This document shows, piece after piece, positions 9,143 to 19,321 of a DNA stretch of 64,000 nt; the stretch's first letter is position 1, and every line of letters starts with the position of its first letter. Source of the DNA: Promethearchaeota archaeon (GTDB taxonomy: Archaea; Asgardarchaeota; Lokiarchaeia; Sigyniarchaeales; SOKP01); NCBI GenBank assembly GCA_016839765.1, contig JAEOTP010000015.1:93474-157473 (forward strand). Direction: 5' to 3'. The notes beneath the pieces were generated by a model that worked only from the letters and a program-made list of their open reading frames with translations, was not told the DNA's origin and searched no databases. The position numbers and the translations under genes were made by a program.

Positions 9143-10504
9143 GTGCCAAGTAAGCTTAAAAAAAATATTCCTTGGGTAGAAAAATACCGTCCTCAATCTA
9201 TTAATGATATGGCTTTACCGACAGCTAAAATTAAAGGGCATAAAGTAAAACTAAATGAAGATTTAAAAAATTTCATCGAGTATTTCTTCAAAGAAATAGA
9301 GCAAATTAATATTAAGAATAGAAAAATTAGGCAATTTAATCGAACTCATCTGGAAAAAGAGCAAAAAGAGGTATTAAAAATTGCCCCAGAAAAAGCCGCA
9401 ATCCTTCTTGAGGGGCCTCCAGGAGTCGGTAAAACTTCTATAGTGTATGCTTTGGCCAATGATTTAAATATGCAGGTCATCGAAACTAATGCCTCTGATA
9501 CTAGGACAAAAGCTAACTTAGAAGCTAAGTTAAAAGAAACTGTAAAAACTAGAGGAATAATGGATTATATTATGGAAAGTAAACGTAAATTAATACTTAT
9601 TGATGAGGTTGATGGTATTTATGGAGTTTCTGATCGAGGAGCATTACCTACTATTTTAAATTTAATTGAAAGCACTCAGTTTCCAATAATTTTATGTTCA
9701 AATGAATATAAACAGAATTTACAACCAATATATAATAAAATTAAAAAGTATGAGATTAATCCTCTTCCAGATCAAGAAATTTTAAGAGTTGCGAAAAGAA
9801 TACTTAAAGAAGAAAAGATTTCTGATTTAAGTGAGGAGGATTTACATTTAATTATTGAAAAAAATAATGGAGATCTTAGAGGAACCATTAATGATATACA
9901 AGCATTAAGTCAGGGGGTTATGGATAAAGAATATAAAGATTTAATATTGAAATTACACAGAGATAGTTATGAAGAGATTTTTAAATTAATAAGAGATTTA
10001 TTTCAAAAAGTAAGAACCCTTAAGGAAGCTCGCGGTTTAACTGATAAATCTGATGTTGATTATAACTTTCTTTATAAATGGGTGAATGAAAATCTACCTA
10101 ATTTTATTAATCTTAAGAATGAAATTACCAATGCATATGATAATCTATCAATTGCAGATGAAATTTTTGGGAGAATAAGGAGAAATCAATATTGGTCACT
10201 TTTACCTTATTTCTACGATCTTTTTGCTGGGGGTGTTGCTTTATCCAAGTCTGATAAATCTTCCAAACCCGGATTTCGAAGAGTTTCCTTTCCTCGATAT
10301 AGAACCTCTGGGTTTTTCGCAGTAACAGCCACTGAAAAATTATTTACTGAAAAAATACAAGAAAAATATAATATTTCTGAGAGGGAAATAATTCAGGATT
10401 TTCTCCCATTTTTAAGGACACTTTGTAGAAGCTCAAGAAGACAGTTAAAAGAGATAGCAGAATGGCTAGAATTAGACGCAAAAGAGAAAAAATTATTAAA
10501 ATAA
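9143..10504 (+). CDS. rfcL: Replication factor C large subunit
   Basis: IPWVEKYRPQ, Walker A GPPGVGKTS, ETNASD, Walker B LILIDEVDG, GDLRGTIND. I prefer the GTG at 9143, preceded by GGTGA at 9134-9138 and lying just after the upstream stop. The track ORF opens at 9110. Confidence 0.85.
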   Translation: MPSKLKKNIPWVEKYRPQSINDMALPTAKIKGHKVKLNEDLKNFIEYFFKEIEQINIKNRKIRQFNRTHLEKEQKEVLKIAPEKAAILLEGPPGVGKTSIVYALANDLNMQVIETNASDTRTKANLEAKLKETVKTRGIMDYIMESKRKLILIDEVDGIYGVSDRGALPTILNLIESTQFPIILCSNEYKQNLQPIYNKIKKYEINPLPDQEILRVAKRILKEEKISDLSEEDLHLIIEKNNGDLRGTINDIQALSQGVMDKEYKDLILKLHRDSYEEIFKLIRDLFQKVRTLKEARGLTDKSDVDYNFLYKWVNENLPNFINLKNEITNAYDNLSIADEIFGRIRRNQYWSLLPYFYDLFAGGVALSKSDKSSKPGFRRVSFPRYRTSGFFAVTATEKLFTEKIQEKYNISEREIIQDFLPFLRTLCRSSRRQLKEIAEWLELDAKEKKLLK

Positions 10505-10770
10505 AGAAGAGTAATTTTTGAATTTAATTATCTCTCCATTTATGAGTAGATGCAAATTTATATTTTATTGCTGAAATAATTATAAAGAATAAATATTTCA
10601 ACACTTTCAATTAAATATATGCCCTTATTATAGATAATATAAAAATATTCAATAGATTTTTAATTTAAAATCTTTTCGAGAATATAATTAAAAAGTTTTA
10701 ACTACCCAAATTTTTTTAAATATTGTATTTATAACTTCAATTAATACAAATCAATTTTCTTAAGCTTAAA

Positions 10771-11448
10771 ATGCAAGTTAAAATAAAAGAAACCAAAGAA
10801 AAAGAGGCTAAGAGATCGATTAGGTCTCAAACTACTTTGCAAATTTCCGGAGCCGCCTTATTTGGTGCTCTTTCAATTGTTGTTGGAGCATTAATAACTC
10901 CAACTTTGACTGAATTACTAAGAGTTCCAGGTTGGCATATTGCAATCATTGATTTAATATCTTTAATATGGGTTACATGTTTCTTTTTATTTGGGGAAAA
11001 AGCAGGATTATTATGTTGTGTAATTGGTGCATTAGGATTAATGCCATTTGATACTACAGCACCTATAGGGCCTTTAATGAAGCTAGCAGCTACTGTTTCT
11101 TTAATAATTGTCCCAATTTTGTTTTTAAAATTGTATAGAAAGGAAGAAGGAATAAGAAAAAGTCAAAAATTGAAAAATCCCCGAAATATTATTATTTATG
11201 GATTATTAGGTACAGCACTTCGAATTATTATTATGCTCTTATTAAACATTTTAATAGGTTTGACAATTTATTCAATGTTTCTTGATTCTATCACACTTGA
11301 GTTTATGGGCTTACCAGGAATTACTGGCATAACGGCAATTATTATTGGAGCTCCGATAATTAATGCTTGGCAAAGTGGCTTAGATTTAATTATTCCTTAT
11401 ATAATTGTATTTGGGACTAAACTTGATCAAAAGTACGAAATTTGGTAA
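10771..11448 (+). CDS. Polytopic membrane protein, unknown function
   Basis: 225 aa with about 6 hydrophobic helices. No family recognised with confidence. Confidence 0.6.
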   Translation: MQVKIKETKEKEAKRSIRSQTTLQISGAALFGALSIVVGALITPTLTELLRVPGWHIAIIDLISLIWVTCFFLFGEKAGLLCCVIGALGLMPFDTTAPIGPLMKLAATVSLIIVPILFLKLYRKEEGIRKSQKLKNPRNIIIYGLLGTALRIIIMLLLNILIGLTIYSMFLDSITLEFMGLPGITGITAIIIGAPIINAWQSGLDLIIPYIIVFGTKLDQKYEIW

Positions 11449-11642
11449 TCTATTCCTTAAATTCTCTCTTTTTTTCTTCTATCATATTATTAAATCAATT
11501 TTTTATTTCGATTATATTTAAAAAATATTAGAACTCATGATTTTGGGGATGGTGAGAAATCATTTTTAAAAAAAGAGAACCCAAATTTAAAGGAAGAAAG
11601 AAAATTTATTAATAATATCTTTAAAACTAAGAATGATTTATA

Positions 11643-12905
11643 ATGATTGTATCAAAAGAAATTCAAGATTTTTTATTAAATGATGCATTAGAAAGATTTT
11701 TAAGATATGTTAAGGTATGGACAACCTCGGATGAGAGCTCTACTTCTTTGCCATCGACAAATAATCAATTAGAACTTGCAAAAAAGTTAGTAGAAGAATT
11801 AAAACAACTTGGTTTAGAAGATGTTATTCTAGATGAGTTGGGATTTGTTTATGCTTATCTTCCACCAAATCAAGGTTTTGAACACGCTAAGCCTATAGGT
11901 TTTTTAGCACACTTAGATACCGCCTCTAGCGTAAGTGGTAAAGACGTAAAACCTGTTATACATAGAAATTATAATGGAAGTGAAATTAAATTTGCTGCTG
12001 ATAAGGAGTTACTCTTAACTACTAATGATTCACCTCAATTAAAGGAATATATTGGTCTAGATATAATTACCACACAAGGAGATACTCTGTTAGGAGCTGA
12101 TGATAAAGCTGGAATTGCTGAAATTATAGCCGCGTGTTCCGCTTGGAAAAAATTCCCAGAATTAAAGCATGGTCCAATAATTATATGCTTTACTCCTGAT
12201 GAGGAAATTGGCAAAGGTATTGATAATATCAATGAGAAAAAATTAGCTAAAATTTGTTATACAATAGATGGAGGAGAAATGGGAGAATTAGTATTTGAAT
12301 GTTTTGATGCATGGCTCGCTACTATTAAATTTAAAGGTTTAAGTGTTCATCCGGGGTATGCTAAAAGTTTGATGATTAATACAATCCAAATTGCTAGTAG
12401 ATTTTTTAGTGAACTTCCTGAATCTGAATCACCTGAGCATACAGAAAATAGAGAAGGTTATTTTTATTTAACAAGATTGCAAGGAACAACTGAGGAATCA
12501 AATGCGCGGTTATTAATTAGAGATTTTGAACAAAAAAATAACCAGAGACGAGTTGATTATCTAAAAAATTTAAAAAAGACTTATGAAATACGCTATCCTG
12601 GTTTAGTTATCGAAATAGATTTTCTTCATCAATATGAAAATATGTTAAAATTTATAGAAAAGAAACCAATTATTGTTAATTTAGCTAAAAAAGCAATTGA
12701 AAAAACAGGGTTAAAAGTAAAACTTCAACCAATAAGAGGAGGAACAGATGGAGCTCGATTGAGTGCAAAAGGAATTCTTACGCCAAACATTTTTACAGGA
12801 GGATTATTTGCTCACTCCAGAAAAGAATATATACCAACTCTAGCCTTACAGAAAACTGCTGAAGTTATACTTTATTTAGCTGAATTATGGACTGAAGATC
12901 AATGA
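11643..12905 (+). CDS. pepT: Peptidase T (M20B tripeptide aminopeptidase)
   Basis: ERFLRYVKVWTTSDESS N-terminus, metal ligands in HLDT, GADDKAGIAEI and DEEIGKG, and C-terminal IRGGTDGARLS...TGG..HS..E. Confidence 0.85.
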   Translation: MIVSKEIQDFLLNDALERFLRYVKVWTTSDESSTSLPSTNNQLELAKKLVEELKQLGLEDVILDELGFVYAYLPPNQGFEHAKPIGFLAHLDTASSVSGKDVKPVIHRNYNGSEIKFAADKELLLTTNDSPQLKEYIGLDIITTQGDTLLGADDKAGIAEIIAACSAWKKFPELKHGPIIICFTPDEEIGKGIDNINEKKLAKICYTIDGGEMGELVFECFDAWLATIKFKGLSVHPGYAKSLMINTIQIASRFFSELPESESPEHTENREGYFYLTRLQGTTEESNARLLIRDFEQKNNQRRVDYLKNLKKTYEIRYPGLVIEIDFLHQYENMLKFIEKKPIIVNLAKKAIEKTGLKVKLQPIRGGTDGARLSAKGILTPNIFTGGLFAHSRKEYIPTLALQKTAEVILYLAELWTEDQ

Positions 12906-12925
12906 AAATAGAAAAAATTATTTTA

Positions 12926-14149
12926 TTATTCTCCTTTCTTAATAATTTTAGAGAAATCTGTAAGGACAAATATTATAATACAGATAAATAATAGAATTGA
13001 TATATATATAAATGCCCATGTAAAAGAAAATATATCATAAATTAAGCCAAAAATTAGAGATTCTGCCAAAGATATAAGGCCTACTGAGAGATAATAATAT
13101 CCATAAGCACGTCCCCTTTTTTTCTTACCTGATAAATCTGCAATATAAGCTCTTGAAATTGGATCTACAGAGGCTAAATAATATCCGTATACAATGAAAA
13201 TGATAAATATCAATATTATTGAAAGAAAAGAAATTTCAATAGGAAAAGCCAAAAGAATACAGGAGATTAATAATACCGACAAACCAATTATAATAATTGG
13301 TTTACGACCAATTTTATCAGAAAAAGTTCCGGTTATAGGAGAAAAGAATGCATAAACAACATTGCTAATTAAGTATAAGATAGGAATAAAAGAAATTCCT
13401 GGGATGTAATTTAAAGCTCTGATTTGGAGGAATGCGATATCTAAGCTAGCAAATTCAATAACTCCTAAAACAATAATTAATTTAATAAAATTTCTATCAA
13501 TTTTTTCATCTTTAGGTTTTTCTTCCTTAAAACCTAAAATTTTATCAATTTCATTAGGATCGACATCTTTTACTGTAAATATCAAAGCAATTGCCAGAAC
13601 ACCCGGTACGATTGAAAAATATATAATTTGTGAAAGTGACCATGTTAAATATATGAAAATAAATGCTAAAAGTGAACCTATTACTGCGCCTAATGTATCC
13701 ATTGCCCTATGTAAACCAAATGTTTTACCCCTATCAATAGCATAGTAAGATATGAGGGTGTCTCTTGAAGAAGTTCTGATTCCCTTTCCAAAACGATCAA
13801 TAGATTTTAATCCTAACACAAATTCCCATGATGGACTCAAACCGATAAGAGGTTTGGATAAATTAGAGAGGGTATACCCGGCAACAACAAAAGGTTTCCT
13901 TCTATTTATCTTGTCACTTAACCACCCTGTAATACCTTTTAAAATATTTGAAATGGCAATAGTAACACCTGAAATTAAGCCAATAATTACAACAGTCCCC
14001 CCAATTTCCCGAATAAATAATGGCAGGATACTTTGGATCATTTCACTTGAAATATCTGTGAATAAAGACACCAATCCCATGATAAATACTTGAACAGAGA
14101 CTCCCAGAATTAACTTTTGTGAACGATGAGAATTATTCCCTTGTGCCAT
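12926..14149 (-). CDS. MFS-type transporter
   Basis: 407 aa, about 12 TM helices. Loop motif GWLSDKINRRKP between TM2 and TM3 (MFS signature G-x-x-x-D-[RK]-x-G-R-[RK]-like), repeated in the second half (FSDKIGRKP). Confidence 0.8.
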   Translation of the reverse strand: MAQGNNSHRSQKLILGVSVQVFIMGLVSLFTDISSEMIQSILPLFIREIGGTVVIIGLISGVTIAISNILKGITGWLSDKINRRKPFVVAGYTLSNLSKPLIGLSPSWEFVLGLKSIDRFGKGIRTSSRDTLISYYAIDRGKTFGLHRAMDTLGAVIGSLLAFIFIYLTWSLSQIIYFSIVPGVLAIALIFTVKDVDPNEIDKILGFKEEKPKDEKIDRNFIKLIIVLGVIEFASLDIAFLQIRALNYIPGISFIPILYLISNVVYAFFSPITGTFSDKIGRKPIIIIGLSVLLISCILLAFPIEISFLSIILIFIIFIVYGYYLASVDPISRAYIADLSGKKKRGRAYGYYYLSVGLISLAESLIFGLIYDIFSFTWAFIYISILLFICIIIFVLTDFSKIIKKGE

Positions 14150-14207
14150 TTTTAGTAACTTTTTTTATTAGAATAAATATATTAAAAATAATTGAAAAAA
14201 AAAAATT

Positions 14208-14843
14208 ATGATTCCAATGTCTGAAAAAAATACTTTAATGATTATTGATGGAACGCTTAAAAGTGTAGAAGACAATTTTAAACAATTTATTGATGTTTTG
14301 GAAACCGCAAAGAATGAGTTAATTAATTTTGAAGAGGCTACTAAACTGCTAGAAACTGAAAAGCTAGCACTGGAGCGAGAAAAAGCAGAATTAGAACTAG
14401 AAAAGCAAAAGTTAGAAGCTGAAAAGGCAGAAAAAGAACAAAAAATAGGGGAATTAACGAGTGAACAGTTACGATTATTAGATGAATATAAGAATTTAAA
14501 AATTGAATTAAAAAAATTTATGAAAATTGCTCAGGATCAAGAAGAATCTGAATATAATTTTGATAGAATTAAAGCTTTATTATCCATTACTATGTTACTA
14601 ATACAGGAAATATGGCAGGGCCAGCCTCATTATAGAATTCTATTGACACTCCATGGTGATAAAGAAGAAATGACACGCGAAGAAATAAAAAATACTACTG
14701 GGATTTCTGGAGCAATGGTTCTAAGGGCTGTTCATGAATTAGCAAATATAGATGTATTGCAATACGATGAGGAAAAATCTCTCGTTAAATTGAAAAGAAG
14801 ACTATTTGCAAAAAAAGCTTTAGAAAAAAAACCAGAACAATAA
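14208..14843 (+). CDS. Coiled-coil protein with C-terminal wHTH
   Basis: 211 aa. E/K heptad region (LALEREKAELELEKQKLEAEKAEKEQK), then an HTH-like ILLTLHGDKEEMTREEIKNTTGISGAMVLRAVHELANIDVLQY. Confidence 0.6.
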   Translation: MIPMSEKNTLMIIDGTLKSVEDNFKQFIDVLETAKNELINFEEATKLLETEKLALEREKAELELEKQKLEAEKAEKEQKIGELTSEQLRLLDEYKNLKIELKKFMKIAQDQEESEYNFDRIKALLSITMLLIQEIWQGQPHYRILLTLHGDKEEMTREEIKNTTGISGAMVLRAVHELANIDVLQYDEEKSLVKLKRRLFAKKALEKKPEQ

Positions 14844-14872
14844 AAAATTTCTTTCTTTTATTTAAGGATTTA

Positions 14873-15937
14873 TTATTTTACTATTACCATCTCATGCAAG
14901 GTATTTCCCTGTTCTTTGTAACGCGTACCATTATGAGTCAATTTTATCTCAAAATCTGAATTGAATCTGAAATATCCTGGGTTTAGTTTTAAAATATTTT
15001 TTGCTAAAAACCGTAATATAGGATTAAATTCGGAAAGTAAATGATCAGCATCAATAATTTCATTAACATTGAGAATAATTTCATTTTGTTCAGAAAGTTT
15101 GAACTTTAAAGTTTTGGGATAATTATTTCTTGCTTTTTCATTATATTGAAAATTTTCTTCTATCAATTCATATTCACCTGTGCTAAGAAGGATATCCTCA
15201 TTTTTTGCGAGCATAAAAACTTTAATAGCATAGTCATCCATTTTCTTATTACATTTAATATGTGCATATATGATAGTAAAATTTTCTGAATAAACACGCC
15301 CCCAATGCCAATAATCAACAACTTTAATAAGATTAAAATTAATCCAGTTGTGGTCGTGGTACCCAATCCCTTTCACTGATATTGTCTTACTATGTATTTT
15401 AATTGTTCCTTCTACTCTTGCTCTTGGTAAAGGTATAACCCATCCAAATTCACCTAAAGTACCAAATAGAGTATATCCACTACCAGGCATCCATCCAGGA
15501 ACTTGAGCAGTGTATTTTAAATGCAAACCAAATTCACCTTCATCTATAAGTATTTCATAAGCAGGGAATTTCTCATTTGAATAATCAACTTTTATATAAT
15601 TATTTCCAATTCGCACATCTGCGATTTCACGAGACACTTTCAAATCAGAACGGCTATAATTGTATACATTTTGTATTTTTTCTCCATTGGGTTTATAGAT
15701 TGTGATTTCTACCCCAGTTTTCCCTGTACGTTCATGTTTTGCTCGAAAAAACCCAACCACAGTATAGCCTCCTTCAAGTCGAGCATCAAAATACCACCAT
15801 TCAGTATTCCCTCTTTTTTTCATATTAATATGCAAAGCATCAAATTCGGGTTTAAAGACAGCTATACTTTTGTCTTTTCTTCCTGGTCCAGACCATGCTT
15901 CAAGTACTTTAGGCTTATTATTTTTCTTTTTTCCCAA
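14873..15937 (-). CDS. CrtC/AttH-like (hydroxyneurosporene-synthase-type, lipocalin-like) protein
   Basis: 354 aa. N-terminal NTEWWYFDARLEGGY resembles the EWWY signature of the CrtC/AttH family. Mostly beta composition. Confidence 0.5.
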   Translation of the reverse strand: MGKKKNNKPKVLEAWSGPGRKDKSIAVFKPEFDALHINMKKRGNTEWWYFDARLEGGYTVVGFFRAKHERTGKTGVEITIYKPNGEKIQNVYNYSRSDLKVSREIADVRIGNNYIKVDYSNEKFPAYEILIDEGEFGLHLKYTAQVPGWMPGSGYTLFGTLGEFGWVIPLPRARVEGTIKIHSKTISVKGIGYHDHNWINFNLIKVVDYWHWGRVYSENFTIIYAHIKCNKKMDDYAIKVFMLAKNEDILLSTGEYELIEENFQYNEKARNNYPKTLKFKLSEQNEIILNVNEIIDADHLLSEFNPILRFLAKNILKLNPGYFRFNSDFEIKLTHNGTRYKEQGNTLHEMVIVK

Positions 15938-15976
15938 TTTTTATACACCTTTAGTTATTATTTAATTAAAAAAATC

Positions 15977-16393
15977 TTACTTTTTTATAAGTTCAAAAAT
16001 TTTTAGTAGAGAGAGTAATTTCAAAATCCCCTTCATTTTCACTTTTCCTAATAACCAGCTACTTACTATATTTAATAAGGAAATTCTATCCATTGCTAGC
16101 GCGAGAAATATTTGTGAGTCCATAGAGATAAAACCATCCCATCCAATAATTTTCTTCTTCAAATTAGATTTGGGTTTATTTGGAATACTTTCAACCTTTA
16201 GACGCCCCTCATTGATAGTTACTAGTGCGGCATGATTTAAATTAGAAGCATTGATTAGATATTTTTTCTTAACATTTTTGAACTTTTTTTGGAATTCTCG
16301 ATTCTCATTTAGAGGTTCCATTATATTTTTTATAAGTCCTGCAAATCCTCTTGCTTCTGGATTAATTAATTCATTTTTATTCATTTGTTTCAC
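15977..16393 (-). CDS. SCP2 sterol/lipid-carrier-like domain protein
   Basis: 138 aa. The C-terminus LLGKVKMKGILKLLSLLKIFE matches the G-K-[LV]-K-[IM]-x-G amphipathic end of SCP2 domains. Confidence 0.6.
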   Translation of the reverse strand: MKQMNKNELINPEARGFAGLIKNIMEPLNENREFQKKFKNVKKKYLINASNLNHAALVTINEGRLKVESIPNKPKSNLKKKIIGWDGFISMDSQIFLALAMDRISLLNIVSSWLLGKVKMKGILKLLSLLKIFELIKK

Positions 16394-16412
16394 TTACTTT
16401 ATATTTTACTTT

Positions 16413-17972
16413 TTATTTTGCAGAAATATAAAATCCCGAATCGGCAATTCCATTCGGATCAAAAGCTTTCTTTATTTTTCTTAACCATTTATGATAATCC
16501 ATCATATGTGGACCAAACTTATCATGCATCCTATCACCTTCTACGAAAAATGGAGCTCCAAGATGTTTGATTAAATCAAATTGATAGTTTTCTTCCATAT
16601 TTTCAGCCATTCCCTTAACGCTTTTCTCAGTGGTTTGATCAAACAATGTAGGAGATTCAACATGGAAATAATGTCCTGATTCGTAGGAAGTCATCCATAC
16701 ACCCTCTCCAAAATCATTTGCAATTACTCCTTTCTTTATATATTTCTTTTTTAAAGGGATACTCATTTTGGTAGTATTTAAACACAATGGTGCTGAGTCG
16801 CATTGACCCTTCGAGGATTGAAAACCTCCTGTTGCGATAAATCCGTGAAGACCTAAATTTGAACGTAATGCTTCTGCATAAAATAAGGAATTGGGAGTAT
16901 ATTTAGTTCCAATTATATTTTCTAATTTAAATTCTGCCATTATCTTATTCATTACTTTTTGCTTATATTCAAATTCACGACTAGTTCTTGCTGCTATGAC
17001 TATTACCAAGGGTGCGTGGGTACTAGCGATTGGGATTTTATCCATTAATGATTCAATACTATTAGAAAATATTGCTCCTAAACCATAACCTGATAAATGA
17101 CTACAAATGAATGAGATTTCCTCCTCTTCAACCGCTAAAAAGACTTTTTCAAGATATTTATAGTTTTTACAATCCATAACGTATAATTTCATAAAATCAG
17201 GAATTTCAAATTCATAATTAGGAGAAATTCCTTTTAATTTAAACTTGGTACTGCATGGATACGGAAAGAGTTTAAAAGCAACCTTTGTAAACACACCTAT
17301 ACCTGATTTTGCTCCCGCCCAACCACGCATAATTCCTCGCAAACTTGGTCCCGGCCCGTCTCCACTAAACCAATCGGGATGGTTTTTAAGGCCAGTAGAC
17401 CCTAACCTTAAGATTTCTCCATCAGGTAATACCCATTCAACACCTAAAACATTTCGAGCACTGTGTCCTGTGTGAGGAGAGGTAAATCCTGGTCCATTCA
17501 TGCTAGTAGCGCTAGCTAAGGGTGAAACTTGAGGTCCTGCTCCCGGCATATGAACAGTTAAATCATATTTCATAGTTTCTGCTTGTAATTGTGCGCCACT
17601 TACATACGGCTCAACAACAGCATAAAGATTTTTATCATCAATTTTTACAATCTTATTCATTCTTCGTAAATCAAGAATAATGCAATTTTCTGATGATGGT
17701 TGATTCCATGGACCGAGTCCAGTAGATTGAGCTTTAAATTGAATATGATATTTATTACAGAGTTTAACAATTTGTTGAACTTCTTCTACACTAGAAGGTA
17801 ATATTATGGCTTTTGGAATAGGAGAAAAAGGAATAGGCTCTTTTTCTTCCATACAATTTACTAATTCCATACACCAATTATATGCATATGCATTTGTCAT
17901 TACTTCACTATCATCTATGTTTTCTGGACCAACTAAGTTTTGAAATTGTTCTAATATCTGTTTTTTTAACAT
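16413..17972 (-). CDS. FAD-binding (PCMH-type) oxidase subunit, GlcD/FAD-linked oxidase family
   Basis: 519 aa. N-terminal FAD_binding_4-like layout (IILPSSVEEVQQIVKLCNKY...ILDLRRMNKIVKIDDKNLYAVVEPYVSG) and family-typical C-terminus KIKKAFDPNGIADSG. Confidence 0.75.
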   Translation of the reverse strand: MLKKQILEQFQNLVGPENIDDSEVMTNAYAYNWCMELVNCMEEKEPIPFSPIPKAIILPSSVEEVQQIVKLCNKYHIQFKAQSTGLGPWNQPSSENCIILDLRRMNKIVKIDDKNLYAVVEPYVSGAQLQAETMKYDLTVHMPGAGPQVSPLASATSMNGPGFTSPHTGHSARNVLGVEWVLPDGEILRLGSTGLKNHPDWFSGDGPGPSLRGIMRGWAGAKSGIGVFTKVAFKLFPYPCSTKFKLKGISPNYEFEIPDFMKLYVMDCKNYKYLEKVFLAVEEEEISFICSHLSGYGLGAIFSNSIESLMDKIPIASTHAPLVIVIAARTSREFEYKQKVMNKIMAEFKLENIIGTKYTPNSLFYAEALRSNLGLHGFIATGGFQSSKGQCDSAPLCLNTTKMSIPLKKKYIKKGVIANDFGEGVWMTSYESGHYFHVESPTLFDQTTEKSVKGMAENMEENYQFDLIKHLGAPFFVEGDRMHDKFGPHMMDYHKWLRKIKKAFDPNGIADSGFYISAK

Positions 17973-17974
17973 GA

Positions 17975-19294
17975 TTATGCTACCTCTGCTAATACGTGTT
18001 TCAATTTTTCAGGTTCTAAGCCCAAGGCCATTAATATTAATTCACTAATATCATAATATTTTAATTTTGAACCGCTCTCACTTATTCCATCTTGTAAATT
18101 TGTAGAGCAAAATGGACAAGCAGATAATATAACATCAGCTCCAGTATCTTCCGCCTCTTCTATTCTTATTTTTGCGGTATTAAGTGCCATTTCAGGAAAT
18201 GCGGATTTTACGCCTGCTCCAGCTCCACAACAGTAAGCATATTCTCTAATTCTTTCCATTTCTATAAATTTTAATCCAGGAATTTTTTTTAGGATGTTTC
18301 TAGGAGGATCGTAGATACCAGCTTTACCAGTACGTTTGGGTTTAGGAGGTATGTTAATAGATATTAAAGGTATTAATTTAACCTCTTCTCCATCCCATTG
18401 TTCATATCTCTCTGCATTCCTTCCTAAATGGCAGGGATCATGATAAGTTGCTGATATTGGTATTTCTTTAGTTAACTTTAATTTACCCGCTTCAAGTAAC
18501 TCATTAAAGAATTCTACAGTATGACACACTTTAAAATCATAATCTCGATATAAGGGATAATCAACCTTGAAAGTATCGTAACATCCTGCACAGCTGAATA
18601 CAACTGTTTCTATTCCTTTTGATTCAATGATATCGACATTCTTATTTAGAAACTCTTGAAAAGTATGGATTTCACCGGTTCTTAATATTGGACTACCGCA
18701 GCAATATTCTTCGTCTTGTAAAATACGAAATGCTACTCCTGCTGCGTTCATTATTCTAGCTGCAGCTATTGCCATTTCTTTTCTCCTATATGATGATGTA
18801 CATCCAATGTAATAGAGTAATTTGGCATTAGGATCAATTTTAATATCATCAGGGAGCCACTTCATTCTATTTTCATGCGGTTCGCTATATGGATTGTTAA
18901 CATTTTTAACTGCGTCGGTATAGGCTTTCTGTTTTGGCATTGGACCACAACCAGCTTCAACTAATTTCTCCCTTAGTCTCATTATTATTTCAAGTGGTTC
19001 TAATGTATTAAGAAATTTACAAGCAATAGCACAATTACCACATTCAGTACATTTATATACGATATCACGTAGTTCCTCAGAGGGTTTAATTCTGCCCATT
19101 TCTAACGCTAGAGCTAAAATAATCTTTCCACCTCCACTATAAGGATGATAATTATAAAGATCAATAGCAGGGCAAGCTGTTGCATACTTTTGACTCTTAA
19201 TTTGGACTTGAGGAATCCATTTACAAATAGAACAGCGCAAACAACGTTTTATCATTTTTTGATATTCTTTTTCATCCATCTTTATCCTATTCAT
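17975..19294 (-). CDS. Fe-S subunit with two CCG domains (GlcF/HdrD-like)
   Basis: 439 aa. Ferredoxin-like clusters CLRCSICKW and CTECGNCAIAC, plus two cysteine-rich CCG motifs (YCCGSP, YCCGAGAG). Start lies 2 nt before the next gene. Confidence 0.8.
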   Translation of the reverse strand: MNRIKMDEKEYQKMIKRCLRCSICKWIPQVQIKSQKYATACPAIDLYNYHPYSGGGKIILALALEMGRIKPSEELRDIVYKCTECGNCAIACKFLNTLEPLEIIMRLREKLVEAGCGPMPKQKAYTDAVKNVNNPYSEPHENRMKWLPDDIKIDPNAKLLYYIGCTSSYRRKEMAIAAARIMNAAGVAFRILQDEEYCCGSPILRTGEIHTFQEFLNKNVDIIESKGIETVVFSCAGCYDTFKVDYPLYRDYDFKVCHTVEFFNELLEAGKLKLTKEIPISATYHDPCHLGRNAERYEQWDGEEVKLIPLISINIPPKPKRTGKAGIYDPPRNILKKIPGLKFIEMERIREYAYCCGAGAGVKSAFPEMALNTAKIRIEEAEDTGADVILSACPFCSTNLQDGISESGSKLKYYDISELILMALGLEPEKLKHVLAEVA

Positions 19295-19321
19295 TTTCTT
19301 TTTTTTTGATAAAATCTAGAA

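Noticed and set aside
13752-14093. 113-aa plus-strand ORF
   Set aside because: It is antisense to the MFS transporter gene. It is a shadow ORF.
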